Positions 38,918-46,908 are shown, numbered from the whole stretch's first letter. The stretch is DNA of 63,166 nucleotides, filler included, from an uncultured archaeon (GCA_903842985.1; 5 parts of 5 records of this genome joined end to end with filler, not necessarily neighbours in it), one strand, 5' to 3'. Numbers and translations: made by a program. Notes: a model not told the origin generated them from the letters alone.

Positions 38918-38996
38918 ATTTTAATATCGAGGAGGTGATTGCAGACAGAGAAAATTTCGGCAGGGGCTTTGAAAATTTAAAAGGAAAGGAGCTGCC

Positions 38997-39125
38997 ATGG
39001 GATTTTATGCAGTCATTGTTGGGATTATATTTATTGTCATTTTGGCTGCACGGTATGATTACAAGCATGAGAAGAAGAAGAAACAGCAGCCAGGCGAGGA
39101 ACAGAAGAAAGGAGGCACAATATAA
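38997..39125 (+). CDS. Array micro-ORF, 42-aa single-TM peptide
   Basis: GAAAGGAG SD; MGFYAVIVGIIFIVILAARYDYKHEKKKK... Confidence 0.6.
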   Translation: MGFYAVIVGIIFIVILAARYDYKHEKKKKQQPGEEQKKGGTI

Positions 39126-39415
39126 TGATGATATTAAAAATTTTTATTTTCATCATCATTCTGTTTATTTTCGCAGTAGATGCCGTTGCCTATTCAATTT
39201 TCCGGAAATTTGATATATCAATCCATCCGGATCTAAACATGGACAAGACATTCGCGACTATGTTTATCGGACTTGTTACTATGCTGATGCCATTTCTTCT
39301 CATTGACTGCTTTATACAGGTCTCTTTTTGGTATTTGGTCATCGCTGCTTTCGTGATTTTTTTGGTTACTGCAGACCAGGTCTATTTACTCTACAAGCAC
39401 GGCGAGATACCTTAA
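39125..39415 (+). CDS. Array ORF, three-TM protein
   Basis: GAAAGGAGG SD; TAATG overlap. Confidence 0.75.
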   Translation: MMILKIFIFIIILFIFAVDAVAYSIFRKFDISIHPDLNMDKTFATMFIGLVTMLMPFLLIDCFIQVSFWYLVIAAFVIFLVTADQVYLLYKHGEIP

Positions 39416-39884
39416 CTCAGAAGGTAATCTTCAACAAATATGAAAGGAGGCGAACATTGCTAATCTATCCTTCATTCGCTTTGGTTTCAACTGTCGTGGA
39501 CAAGCCGTTTTTTAACAGCTACCGGGCTGGCGAAGTGAAGCAGAAGTTCTGCAGCAGATGTTGGTGGGCGGAAAAAGAAATGTTTGAGTGGGGCAGAGCA
39601 CCTCCGTCTGTGGCAACTGCATTAACCCATCGGTCTTAACCCGGCGCTCAAATGGAGGAATTCATTATGAGCCCAACAATCATCGGCCTGAGGGTCACAT
39701 AAGACACCTGCATATGTCTTAGTGGCCACATCGCGTGAGACCAAACCCCTGGAAACAGGAGGAGGTTCAATGGTTGGCAGGAATTTTCTCTAGCGTTTTA
39801 ATCAAACATTTCTAAAATCACTGAATCAAAACAATCCTGAAAAAGGAAAGAGCAGAAATCTCTGCTGGCTGTTTAAACAGCGTC

Positions 39885-39951
39885 GGAGTCCTGGGGGAGT
39901 GAGTTTCCTTGGTTTCGGTGGGCGGTTACAAGGTACCTCCTCCAGGGCTCT
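39885..39951 (+). repeat. Long intergenic hairpin H9
   Basis: GGAGTCCTGGGGGAG...CTCCTCCAGGGCTCT. Confidence 0.8.
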
Positions 39952-40033
39952 GCTTAAATTCGAAAAAAATCGTCAATAAAGTTGGTGTTTAGATATTAAA
40001 TTTCAATTAAAGAACCTTAACAAGGAGGTGAAC

Positions 40034-40144
40034 GTGTGGCTGAAGATTATTGTCGCAGTAGTTTTGGCAGCGCTGTTTATTTTCATCGGCTGCTCCGCGT
40101 TCAAGCACCTGAATGACAAGAGATACACGTGCAAGGACGAGTAA
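40034..40144 (+). CDS. Array micro-ORF, 36-aa TM/lipoprotein-like peptide
   Basis: AAGGAGGTGA SD, GTG start; MWLKIIVAVVLAALFIFIGCSAFK... Confidence 0.6.
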   Translation: MWLKIIVAVVLAALFIFIGCSAFKHLNDKRYTCKDE

Positions 40145-40175
40145 CCGGCGGTTTTAAAATGAAAGGAGGTGAAAC

Positions 40176-40502
40176 ATGGATATTTTAGATATTACAGACA
40201 AGATTCTTCCAGTCCTCGCGATTTTACTGGTATCAATGATAGTGGGCGCTATCATCGTCTGGCTTGTCAGGTTTCTTGATAAGATGTTTCTTCCATCCGG
40301 ATCTAAGATCAAGGATGGCTTCGTTCAGCCAAGGGGTATAGAAATCAAATGCGAAGATGTCGACCTCGACGGCAAGTATGAAACATTTCTTGTCATCAAC
40401 AAGCTGCGCTATTCCCTCAAAAAAAGCCCTGAAGGCGCCGCTTACCTCGAAATGTTCGACATCAAATTGGTTCCAGTGGGCACTGAGCAGATTAAAACAT
40501 AA
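40176..40502 (+). CDS. Array ORF, TM anchor plus DxDxDG motif
   Basis: GAAAGGAGGTGA SD; EDVDLDGKYET. Confidence 0.8.
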   Translation: MDILDITDKILPVLAILLVSMIVGAIIVWLVRFLDKMFLPSGSKIKDGFVQPRGIEIKCEDVDLDGKYETFLVINKLRYSLKKSPEGAAYLEMFDIKLVPVGTEQIKT

Positions 40503-40521
40503 TAACTTCTGTTCTTTTTCA

Positions 40522-40561
40522 AAGAGTCTCTTCTCGTCTGGGAGATTAGACTCTTCTTTTT
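40522..40561 (+). terminator. Intrinsic-terminator-like hairpin closing the array
   Basis: AAGAGTCT...AGACTCTT followed by CTTTTT. Confidence 0.65.
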
Positions 40562-40674
40562 ACCTATTTATTTACAATATAGAAAATATAACTGAATCTA
40601 TGTACTGCAAAACAAAAAAATTTATAAATGAATCAAAACCACCAAGCTAATCTTATTTCGGGGGGTGTTTAGTA

Positions 40675-41187
40675 ATGGAAGAGGTAATAGAGAATACAGT
40701 TAGCAATCGGCTCAGCGACATTGAAAACGAAGTTAAGAATTCTTTCAAAACAATATGCGAGGAATTTGAGGACCATCTCGATGCAATAAACGAGAACACA
40801 GAAGAGCTCAACGAGCATTCAGCTGCATTGGGAGAGCTCGACGATAAAATCGGAAAGCTGAATGAAAGGATGGATGACCTGTTCATGATGATAAGGCAGC
40901 TGGCAAAGCCGCAGTTTTCGCTTTCAGATGCGGAAAAGAGAGTGTTTATGGTGCTTTATTCTGTAGAGAACACTCCTGTTTCTTATTCAGATATCGCAAG
41001 GAAGACAGACATGACAGAGCTTGCAATCAAGGCTCACATTTACGCGCTGATCAACAAGGGCGTGCCAATAATTGCAAGAAGAATAGACAGCAATCCTTAC
41101 TTTAAGCTTGAAAAAGGCTTCAAGGAAAGGCAGGCAAAGGAGAATTTTATTCAGGTCGAGGAAGCAATTGTAAAGGAAGTGTGCTAA
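40675..41187 (+). CDS. Coiled-coil plus winged-HTH protein
   Basis: Heptad-rich N-terminus; LSDAEKRVF...SYSDIARK...LINKGVPI. Confidence 0.85.
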   Translation: MEEVIENTVSNRLSDIENEVKNSFKTICEEFEDHLDAINENTEELNEHSAALGELDDKIGKLNERMDDLFMMIRQLAKPQFSLSDAEKRVFMVLYSVENTPVSYSDIARKTDMTELAIKAHIYALINKGVPIIARRIDSNPYFKLEKGFKERQAKENFIQVEEAIVKEVC

Positions 41188-41467
41188 ACTCACTTTGTAT
41201 ATATTGGCTCATTCCTAGAGGCCTGGGCAGTAATTCATAACCTTGATCATAAAGAAGCGCGTTTATAACAAGCCCAACTGTGCCTTTTTCTCCGCGAGGA
41301 ATGACTTTTTTTCTTTGCATTTCATCGTTTACAAGCCCAGCAAGTTCTTGTTTTACATCCTGGCAGCTTATGACTATTGGATTTTCGTACTTCTCTAAGA
41401 AACTTAAAACTATGTCTGTTACACTTTCCCTCACTTCTCGAGGCAATCTGTCAATTGTTTCGTACAT
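41147..41467 (-). CDS. Hypothetical protein
   Basis: 106-aa ORF. Confidence 0.6.
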   Translation of the reverse strand: MYETIDRLPREVRESVTDIVLSFLEKYENPIVISCQDVKQELAGLVNDEMQRKKVIPRGEKGTVGLVINALLYDQGYELLPRPLGMSQYIQSEFSTLPLQLLPRPE

Positions 41468-41790
41468 TTCAGAAAATATTCATATAGAAAAATATATAAT
41501 CTTTTTGTTTTATTTATTTATAATATTGAAAATATTATTCCTCTATATCTCACTTCATCTATTGATTAATGAGTAAATTACTATACTGGTATACTAAACT
41601 GATATTTAACCATAAATAACGTCTTTATGCTGGTTAAATCATTAAATTAAAATATAATGCCGACAATAATCCAACATTATAACAACAAAATATAATCCCG
41701 AATCTAGTCGATAACAACCCGAAAAAACAATAAAAATGTGAGAGCAATAACTAATTAAATCTATCAGAGCTTAAAAGATTTAAGCAAATC

Positions 41791-42300
41791 TTAAACATTT
41801 TCTTCAACTCTTTTCTCATTTACTGTCTGCTTAATCTTCTCGTTCTTGAGCAATTTCTGCAATTCCTGCACATATTTCTGCGTTGTCTGCAAATTGTTGC
41901 TAACCATCTGCATTGCCTTCTCAAATGCGCTGTCAAGTGTCGATCCATTCAGCTTGTACCCAATAATCACTTTGCCGTCCTTGATGTAGCTTGTCTTGTT
42001 TATCAGCTGCAAATCAAGCCACCGCTTCAGGTAGTCATACATTGTCTGCCTTGTAATCCCTGCAAAAATCCCCATTTCCTCGACGGTCATCACAGCTGCC
42101 TCTGGCTTCTTCTCCTTGTTTGCCATCTTAGATCTCTCGTACATCTCAACAAAAACGCTGTGCATCTTTTCAGTGCTCCCTGTCTTTCTCGGCTCCAATC
42201 CTATTCTTGCCAGGATAACTCTTGCGAGCTCTTCTGAGCTTGGGCTCAGTCCTGGTTCGTGGTTTGTCAGAACAACTTTCATCTTCTTTAGTTTATTCAC
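41791..42300 (-). CDS. Winged-HTH DNA-binding protein
   Basis: MTVEEMGIFAGITRQTMYDYLKRW; GAGGTGA SD-like sequence near the start. Confidence 0.85.
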   Translation of the reverse strand: MNKLKKMKVVLTNHEPGLSPSSEELARVILARIGLEPRKTGSTEKMHSVFVEMYERSKMANKEKKPEAAVMTVEEMGIFAGITRQTMYDYLKRWLDLQLINKTSYIKDGKVIIGYKLNGSTLDSAFEKAMQMVSNNLQTTQKYVQELQKLLKNEKIKQTVNEKRVEENV

Positions 42301-42858
42301 CTCATTTTATTCGACAATTGCGCCAGGCAGTTGCCTGACGTTTTTATGTCGATTACTGTAAACTATAATATCGAATCCGTTTAAATATTCTGCGACAATT
42401 TGTCCAGTGTCCAGTGGAAAACATTTGATTTTTGACTAAATTATTTAATCAAAACAAATTGCAGAGCCAGGAAGCCAACAAATGCGCCTAACCCATATAT
42501 AATCCATTCCAAAAAAGCCAAAACAAGACAAAAATTTCTTCTGGAAAAAAACATTCGGCAAGATTCCGTCTTGTCGTGCATAATTCCAGAAACTCGCGTC
42601 TTTCAACTAGTTTGCATCCATCGGGGGGGCTTCCACGAAGAACCCAGATGAACTTATTTGTCGGCATCTTTCTTTACACGTCGAAACAATGCCGACCATG
42701 TCAAATGAAATGCACGAATCAGGCCTTTCACAGCAAATCCCTGAAAACATAGTTCTACTGTGTTTGTAAAGCAAAATACCTGAAAGATATACCAAGATAT
42801 GCAAATCATGCATTTTTTACAATAAAATACTTTAATGGGCTAAGCCAGGATTTGCATT

Positions 42859-43107
42859 ATGACAGACAGGTTAGAGAGGATTTTGGAGAAAACAGGGAAG
42901 TTTGTAAACAAGCACTTTCCAGAAAATGCGTTAATAGAATGCGCAGCAGTGATTATGGCAGTTCATGTGACTCTATTGACAGAGGGAGTCCCTATCAAAG
43001 AAGCTTACAAAGATATCAAGGGGATGTATAAAGATACAATTCTTACGCTTACCCCAGGTATTTGTGACGTTTATTATGGCATTAAGTATAAATTATTTAA
43101 AAAATAA
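42859..43107 (+). CDS. Hypothetical protein
   Basis: 82-aa ORF. Confidence 0.55.
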   Translation: MTDRLERILEKTGKFVNKHFPENALIECAAVIMAVHVTLLTEGVPIKEAYKDIKGMYKDTILTLTPGICDVYYGIKYKLFKK

Positions 43108-43110
43108 GAA

Positions 43111-43407
43111 TTAAAACTTTTTTATAAAATAAACTGCGTTATGAGCGCCGGTTTTTTCAATCACTTTCTTCAATGGTATTTTTCTCGGGTCTCTGCTGTC
43201 CACGTAAATGCCGTAGATTTTTGCCTGGTCAACAATAGGGTCTCCTTTTTCATTGATTGGCAAATGTGCAACCACGTCACTATGTCTATTGGAATCAGAC
43301 GCCTTTCTCATAGCTTCTTCCAAAACATCTCTTGGACCGTCATACCTTAAGTCAACATTCCAAACAAATCTTAACTCGCGTTCAGCCCTTAAATTGTGTT
43401 CAGCCAT
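43111..43407 (-). CDS. Hypothetical protein
   Basis: 98-aa ORF, GGAG SD. Confidence 0.65.
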   Translation of the reverse strand: MAEHNLRAERELRFVWNVDLRYDGPRDVLEEAMRKASDSNRHSDVVAHLPINEKGDPIVDQAKIYGIYVDSRDPRKIPLKKVIEKTGAHNAVYFIKKF

Positions 43408-43733
43408 AGTTTTTCTCCATTTAAGACGAATTCGTTTTCTTTTTTCTCTTCAATTTTTGGATATTTTCTTTCTACATACTCTACAATTGCGCTATCCAGA
43501 CCTTTTGTACCCATTCCTCGGATATAAATTCCAGTCTGTATATTTGCCAGCTGCAGGTCAACTTCATTTTTATCATTTACAGGAGGACCAAGCATTACTT
43601 CGCTCGCTGAAAATCCAAGCTGCCTCAAGACTTCTCTAAATGCACTCGTATCTGTTTCAGGGTAGATACCATCTAGGTTGTAAAGCCAGCTAAAACAGTC
43701 CAAATTTTCTATTGTTCCAGTTTTTTCTTCCAT
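43389..43733 (-). CDS. Hypothetical protein, possibly a distant paralogue of 43111-43407
   Basis: Both share a W..L....P..[ED]K..[IV]...A.I..GIY pattern. Confidence 0.65.
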   Translation of the reverse strand: MEEKTGTIENLDCFSWLYNLDGIYPETDTSAFREVLRQLGFSASEVMLGPPVNDKNEVDLQLANIQTGIYIRGMGTKGLDSAIVEYVERKYPKIEEKKENEFVLNGEKLWLNTI

Positions 43734-43734
43734 T

Positions 43735-43923
43735 TTATGCGACGATTTCCCTTTCAAGCTCAAGCTGCCTTACCTTTTTCTCGAGTTCAATCAGCCTTAT
43801 CTTTGCATCCCTCTGGTTGTTGTTCAAGAACAAAACCCATTCTGTCATGCTTCTCTTCAACTCGTTTACGTCTCTCTTTGCAGCGTCGAACGCTTCTTTT
43901 ACGTCTCTTACTTTTGCAAACAT
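43735..43923 (-). CDS. Small coiled-coil protein
   Basis: 62 aa, GGAGGT SD. Confidence 0.7.
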   Translation of the reverse strand: MFAKVRDVKEAFDAAKRDVNELKRSMTEWVLFLNNNQRDAKIRLIELEKKVRQLELEREIVA

Positions 43924-43928
43924 TTTGT

Positions 43929-44279
43929 TTACCTCCCCCGTCTTAAATTAAAATCAAATTGATTTGAAAAATATAAACCATTAAGCGAAAAATCATATGC
44001 AACATTTCCGCCATTTGGATCCTTGCACCTTACATTTGCATTGCAGCCATCCACTTTTGTGTCTATGTTGCTTTTGCATTCGTTTATGCGAAAGCTTGTT
44101 TTGTTTCCATCTGCCCCTTCTGTTTTGTATGATACGTTAAGCCCACTGTCAGGCCATTTGCCAGCCACTTGTGCGCTTTCTATTTTTGTGCAGGCCAAAT
44201 CCTTGCGGATGTTAATGTACAGCGGAGCGCATGCTAATGTAATTGCTGCCGCAACCGCTGCCACAAGCTCTTTGAACAT
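43929..44279 (-). CDS. Secreted/lipoprotein-like Cys-rich protein
   Basis: Signal peptide ending TLAC; several Cys. Confidence 0.65.
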   Translation of the reverse strand: MFKELVAAVAAAITLACAPLYINIRKDLACTKIESAQVAGKWPDSGLNVSYKTEGADGNKTSFRINECKSNIDTKVDGCNANVRCKDPNGGNVAYDFSLNGLYFSNQFDFNLRRGR

Positions 44280-44397
44280 TTGTAATCACTAATAAGTAAC
44301 AATAAGTAGTATATATAGTTTTTGGTTATTTTTAATTATTTAGAATATTGAAAATTATACACAAAATAAATTTAAATCTATGCCTCATTCTTACTGT

Positions 44398-44781
44398 ATG
44401 GCAGACCTTGAAAGAAGAATTTTTATCATGTGCCCAGTTAGAAAGGCAACAGATGAAGAGAAATCTTTTTTAGCAGGGTACGTAAGAAAAGCAGAGCAGT
44501 TAGGCCACAGAGTTCATTATCCTCCAAGGGACACAAACCAGAATGATGAGACAGGTTTGAATATCTGCTTGCAAAACCGCAATGCAATCAGGCAGGCAAA
44601 CGAGATTCACGCTTACTGGAATTCTTCAAGCGAAGGCAGCGAATTTGATTTTGGAATGATTTTCATGGCAGAAAGACCGATTCTTATTATCAACAAAGAA
44701 AATTTAACAAGAACGCCCGATAAAAGCTTCCAGAATGTTTTGCTCGAACTTGATGAAGTTTATCATCTGCCCAGAATTTAA
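44398..44781 (+). CDS. Nucleoside 2-deoxyribosyltransferase-like protein
   Basis: IFIMCP...VHYP...NRNAIRQA...SEGSEFDFGM matches the NDT/Rcl fold pattern. Confidence 0.65.
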   Translation: MADLERRIFIMCPVRKATDEEKSFLAGYVRKAEQLGHRVHYPPRDTNQNDETGLNICLQNRNAIRQANEIHAYWNSSSEGSEFDFGMIFMAERPILIINKENLTRTPDKSFQNVLLELDEVYHLPRI

Positions 44782-44783
44782 GA

Positions 44784-44834
44784 TATTCTAAGAATTATTT
44801 AAACTTCATCTGCTTGCCAGACATCTGCGGCATC
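44784..44834 (-). pseudogene. Displaced, diverged duplicate of the SRP54 3' end
   Basis: Encodes MPQMSGKQMKFK* then TTCTTAGAATA, versus MQKMSGKNVRFK* then GTTCTTAGAATA at 44920-44971. Confidence 0.75.
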
Positions 44835-44931
44835 CAAACCCCTTTTTCAGAGAAAAAGGCGTTTGATCGGGAAAAAGCTATTTGACAAGTGTCATAACAA
44901 ATTTGCGCGTAGCCGCGCGTATTCTAAGAAC

Positions 44932-46281
44932 TTATTTGAATCTGACATTTTTGCCAGACATCTTTTGCATCATCTTCTGCATGCCCTTCTCTCCGCCCTT
45001 GACCATTTTTATCATCTTCTTGCTCTGCTTGTACTGCTTAACCAGCTCGCGCACTTCTGAGACAGAAACACCTGCTCCCTTCGCTATCCTCTCTGCTCTT
45101 TTGCCGTCTATCTTCTCGGGGTCCTCAAGCTCTTCCTTTGTGCAGCTGTCAATTATGTATTTCCACTTCTCAAGCTTTCCTTCCTGCACCTGCAGCGCCT
45201 CCTTCGGCATCTTCAGCTGCCCGAATCCAGGTATCATCTCAACTAATTTCGATAACGAACCCATCTTCTTCATCGCTTCCATCTGCTGGTACAAATCAAT
45301 CAGATTGAATTCACCCTTCAATAATTTCTTTCCCAAGTCAGCTGCATCTTCTTCTGTCATCGCTTCCCTTGCCTTCTCAAGCAATGCCTGCAAATCACCC
45401 ATTCCAAGAAGCCTGCCGACGAATCTTTCGGGGTCAAAATACTCAAAATCATCAACCTTTTCGCCGATTCCAATGAACTTCACTTTTGCGCCTGTAACTG
45501 CGCATGCAATTAATGCTCCGCCTCCCTTTGCTGTTCCGTCAAGCTTTGTTATAATCACACCATTGACATTGCATACATCATGGAAAGCGCTTGCCTGCTT
45601 CTCAGCTGCCTGCCCCACATCAGCGCCGATAACCAGCAGTCGCTGGTCAGCCTTTATCGCCTTGTTCAGGTCATTCAGTTCGCTGATTAAATCCTTTGAC
45701 AATGCATCCCTTCCAGCTGTGTCAAAGATGAGAACATCAAACTTCTTCAAATCCTTTTCAAATTCCTTGTAGATTTTCAGCGCCTTTTTTTCTTTTGGAT
45801 TGCCGAACACAGGCACATTAATCTGCTTCCCAATCTGCACAAGCTGTTCGTATGCAGCCGGCCTCCAGACATCAAGCGAAACAAGCGCAACCTTGTGCCC
45901 CCTTTTCATGAAATATTTCCCGAGCTTTCCGCACGTTGTTGTCTTTCCGTTTCCGAACAAGCCAACAAGCATCAGCTTGTAAGGCTTTGACGTAACCTCA
46001 ATTTTTTCTGTCGTCTCACCAAGGAACTTCACAAGCTCCTCGTAGACAATCTTGATAAGATGCTCTTTTTTTGTTATTCCCGCAGGCGGCTCCTCTTTCA
46101 GCGCCCTATCCTTGATCTGCTTTGTCAGCTCAAAGACCATCTTGACATTGACGTCTGACTGGAGCAGCGCCCTCTGGATATCCTTTATCAGCTCATTTAT
46201 CAGCTTCTCATCTACAAAAATCGCCTTGGCTATCTTTTCCAATGTCCCTTTCAGGCTGTCTCCTAGCTTTTCCAGAACCAT
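44932..46281 (-). CDS. srp54: Signal recognition particle protein SRP54
   Basis: GLFGNGKTT, DTAGR, TKLDGTAKGGG, RIAKGAG. Confidence 0.97.
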   Translation of the reverse strand: MVLEKLGDSLKGTLEKIAKAIFVDEKLINELIKDIQRALLQSDVNVKMVFELTKQIKDRALKEEPPAGITKKEHLIKIVYEELVKFLGETTEKIEVTSKPYKLMLVGLFGNGKTTTCGKLGKYFMKRGHKVALVSLDVWRPAAYEQLVQIGKQINVPVFGNPKEKKALKIYKEFEKDLKKFDVLIFDTAGRDALSKDLISELNDLNKAIKADQRLLVIGADVGQAAEKQASAFHDVCNVNGVIITKLDGTAKGGGALIACAVTGAKVKFIGIGEKVDDFEYFDPERFVGRLLGMGDLQALLEKAREAMTEEDAADLGKKLLKGEFNLIDLYQQMEAMKKMGSLSKLVEMIPGFGQLKMPKEALQVQEGKLEKWKYIIDSCTKEELEDPEKIDGKRAERIAKGAGVSVSEVRELVKQYKQSKKMIKMVKGGEKGMQKMMQKMSGKNVRFK

Positions 46282-46374
46282 ATTATTAATAATTCAAAAT
46301 AGCTTTATAAAGGTTTTTATGTTCAAAACATTTAAATACAACTTGAAAGATTTGTTTATCTCCGTGACCATTGA

Positions 46375-46908
46375 ATGAACTTCAACATAGACGATTACTT
46401 TTCCTCAAAAACAAGGACAATAGCAGCAATATCAACAATTCTTTTGGCAGTAATCCTTGTTATTCTGCACTATAATTTTGTTATATTCCTTGTGCTTACA
46501 TTTATTATTGCAGTCGCTAACTATTTTCTTTACAAGTACGACGTCCCGCTTGATTTCGCGCCGATATTTTCAATTGCAGTGATATTTTTTATCGTCTTCG
46601 GCGTCTGGAAGGCAGTTCTTTTTGTTCTGATGGCGGAAATAATCCCCTCGATTTTTGGAGGGGGTGACATAGGAATAGACTATATCCTTGATTATCTCGT
46701 GATATTTATTTCAGGCGCAATAATGAAGGCGCATTTTACAGAGCATATAGTTGTTGCAGGCATTATCCTCTCAATAATTTACTTTGGCTATTCGCTGATT
46801 ATTTCAAGATTTTTCGAAGAATTCAGCCCGCTGTCAATTGCAAGTCATTTTGTCCAGCTTCTGATGAATATCTTTTGCTTTACAACGATTGTATACCTAG
46901 TTATTTAA
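46375..46908 (+). CDS. Multi-pass membrane protein
   Basis: 177 aa, hydrophobic. Confidence 0.75.
   Translation: MNFNIDDYFSSKTRTIAAISTILLAVILVILHYNFVIFLVLTFIIAVANYFLYKYDVPLDFAPIFSIAVIFFIVFGVWKAVLFVLMAEIIPSIFGGGDIGIDYILDYLVIFISGAIMKAHFTEHIVVAGIILSIIYFGYSLIISRFFEEFSPLSIASHFVQLLMNIFCFTTIVYLVI

Larger units (their letters stand above)
31100..40565 (+). other. Unidirectional array of short ORFans with bacterial-type SD and repeated hairpin modules
   Basis: ~25 co-oriented ORFs; perfect GAAAGGAGGTGA at 33944, 37431, 37660, 38013, 38512, 40161; ~10 related long hairpins. Confidence 0.85.

Noticed and set aside
39328..39639. 103-aa ORF
   Set aside because: Overlaps the preceding gene, has no SD at its start and lies in the structured segment
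39735..39775. c-di-GMP-I riboswitch
   Set aside because: Only a partial P2-like resemblance; conserved GCAAA and receptor stem not found
31100..40565. CRISPR or TIGR-type array
   Set aside because: No constant-length direct repeats with regular spacers, and no cas or Nop-domain gene in the window
31100..40565. Canonical integron
   Set aside because: No intI visible; the long hairpins lack RYYYAAC/GTTRRRY ends; the AAC...GTT mini-hairpins are much shorter than attC
31100..40565. Prophage or provirus
   Set aside because: No recognisable virion, terminase, replication or integrase gene and no att repeats found; a remnant cannot be excluded
42607..42813. 68-aa minus-strand ORF
   Set aside because: No motif or SD and atypical composition; probably non-coding
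44882..45772. Long antisense ORFs (also 9384-10124, 28901-29473, 51340-51894 and others)
   Set aside because: Shadows of well-supported genes on the opposite strand
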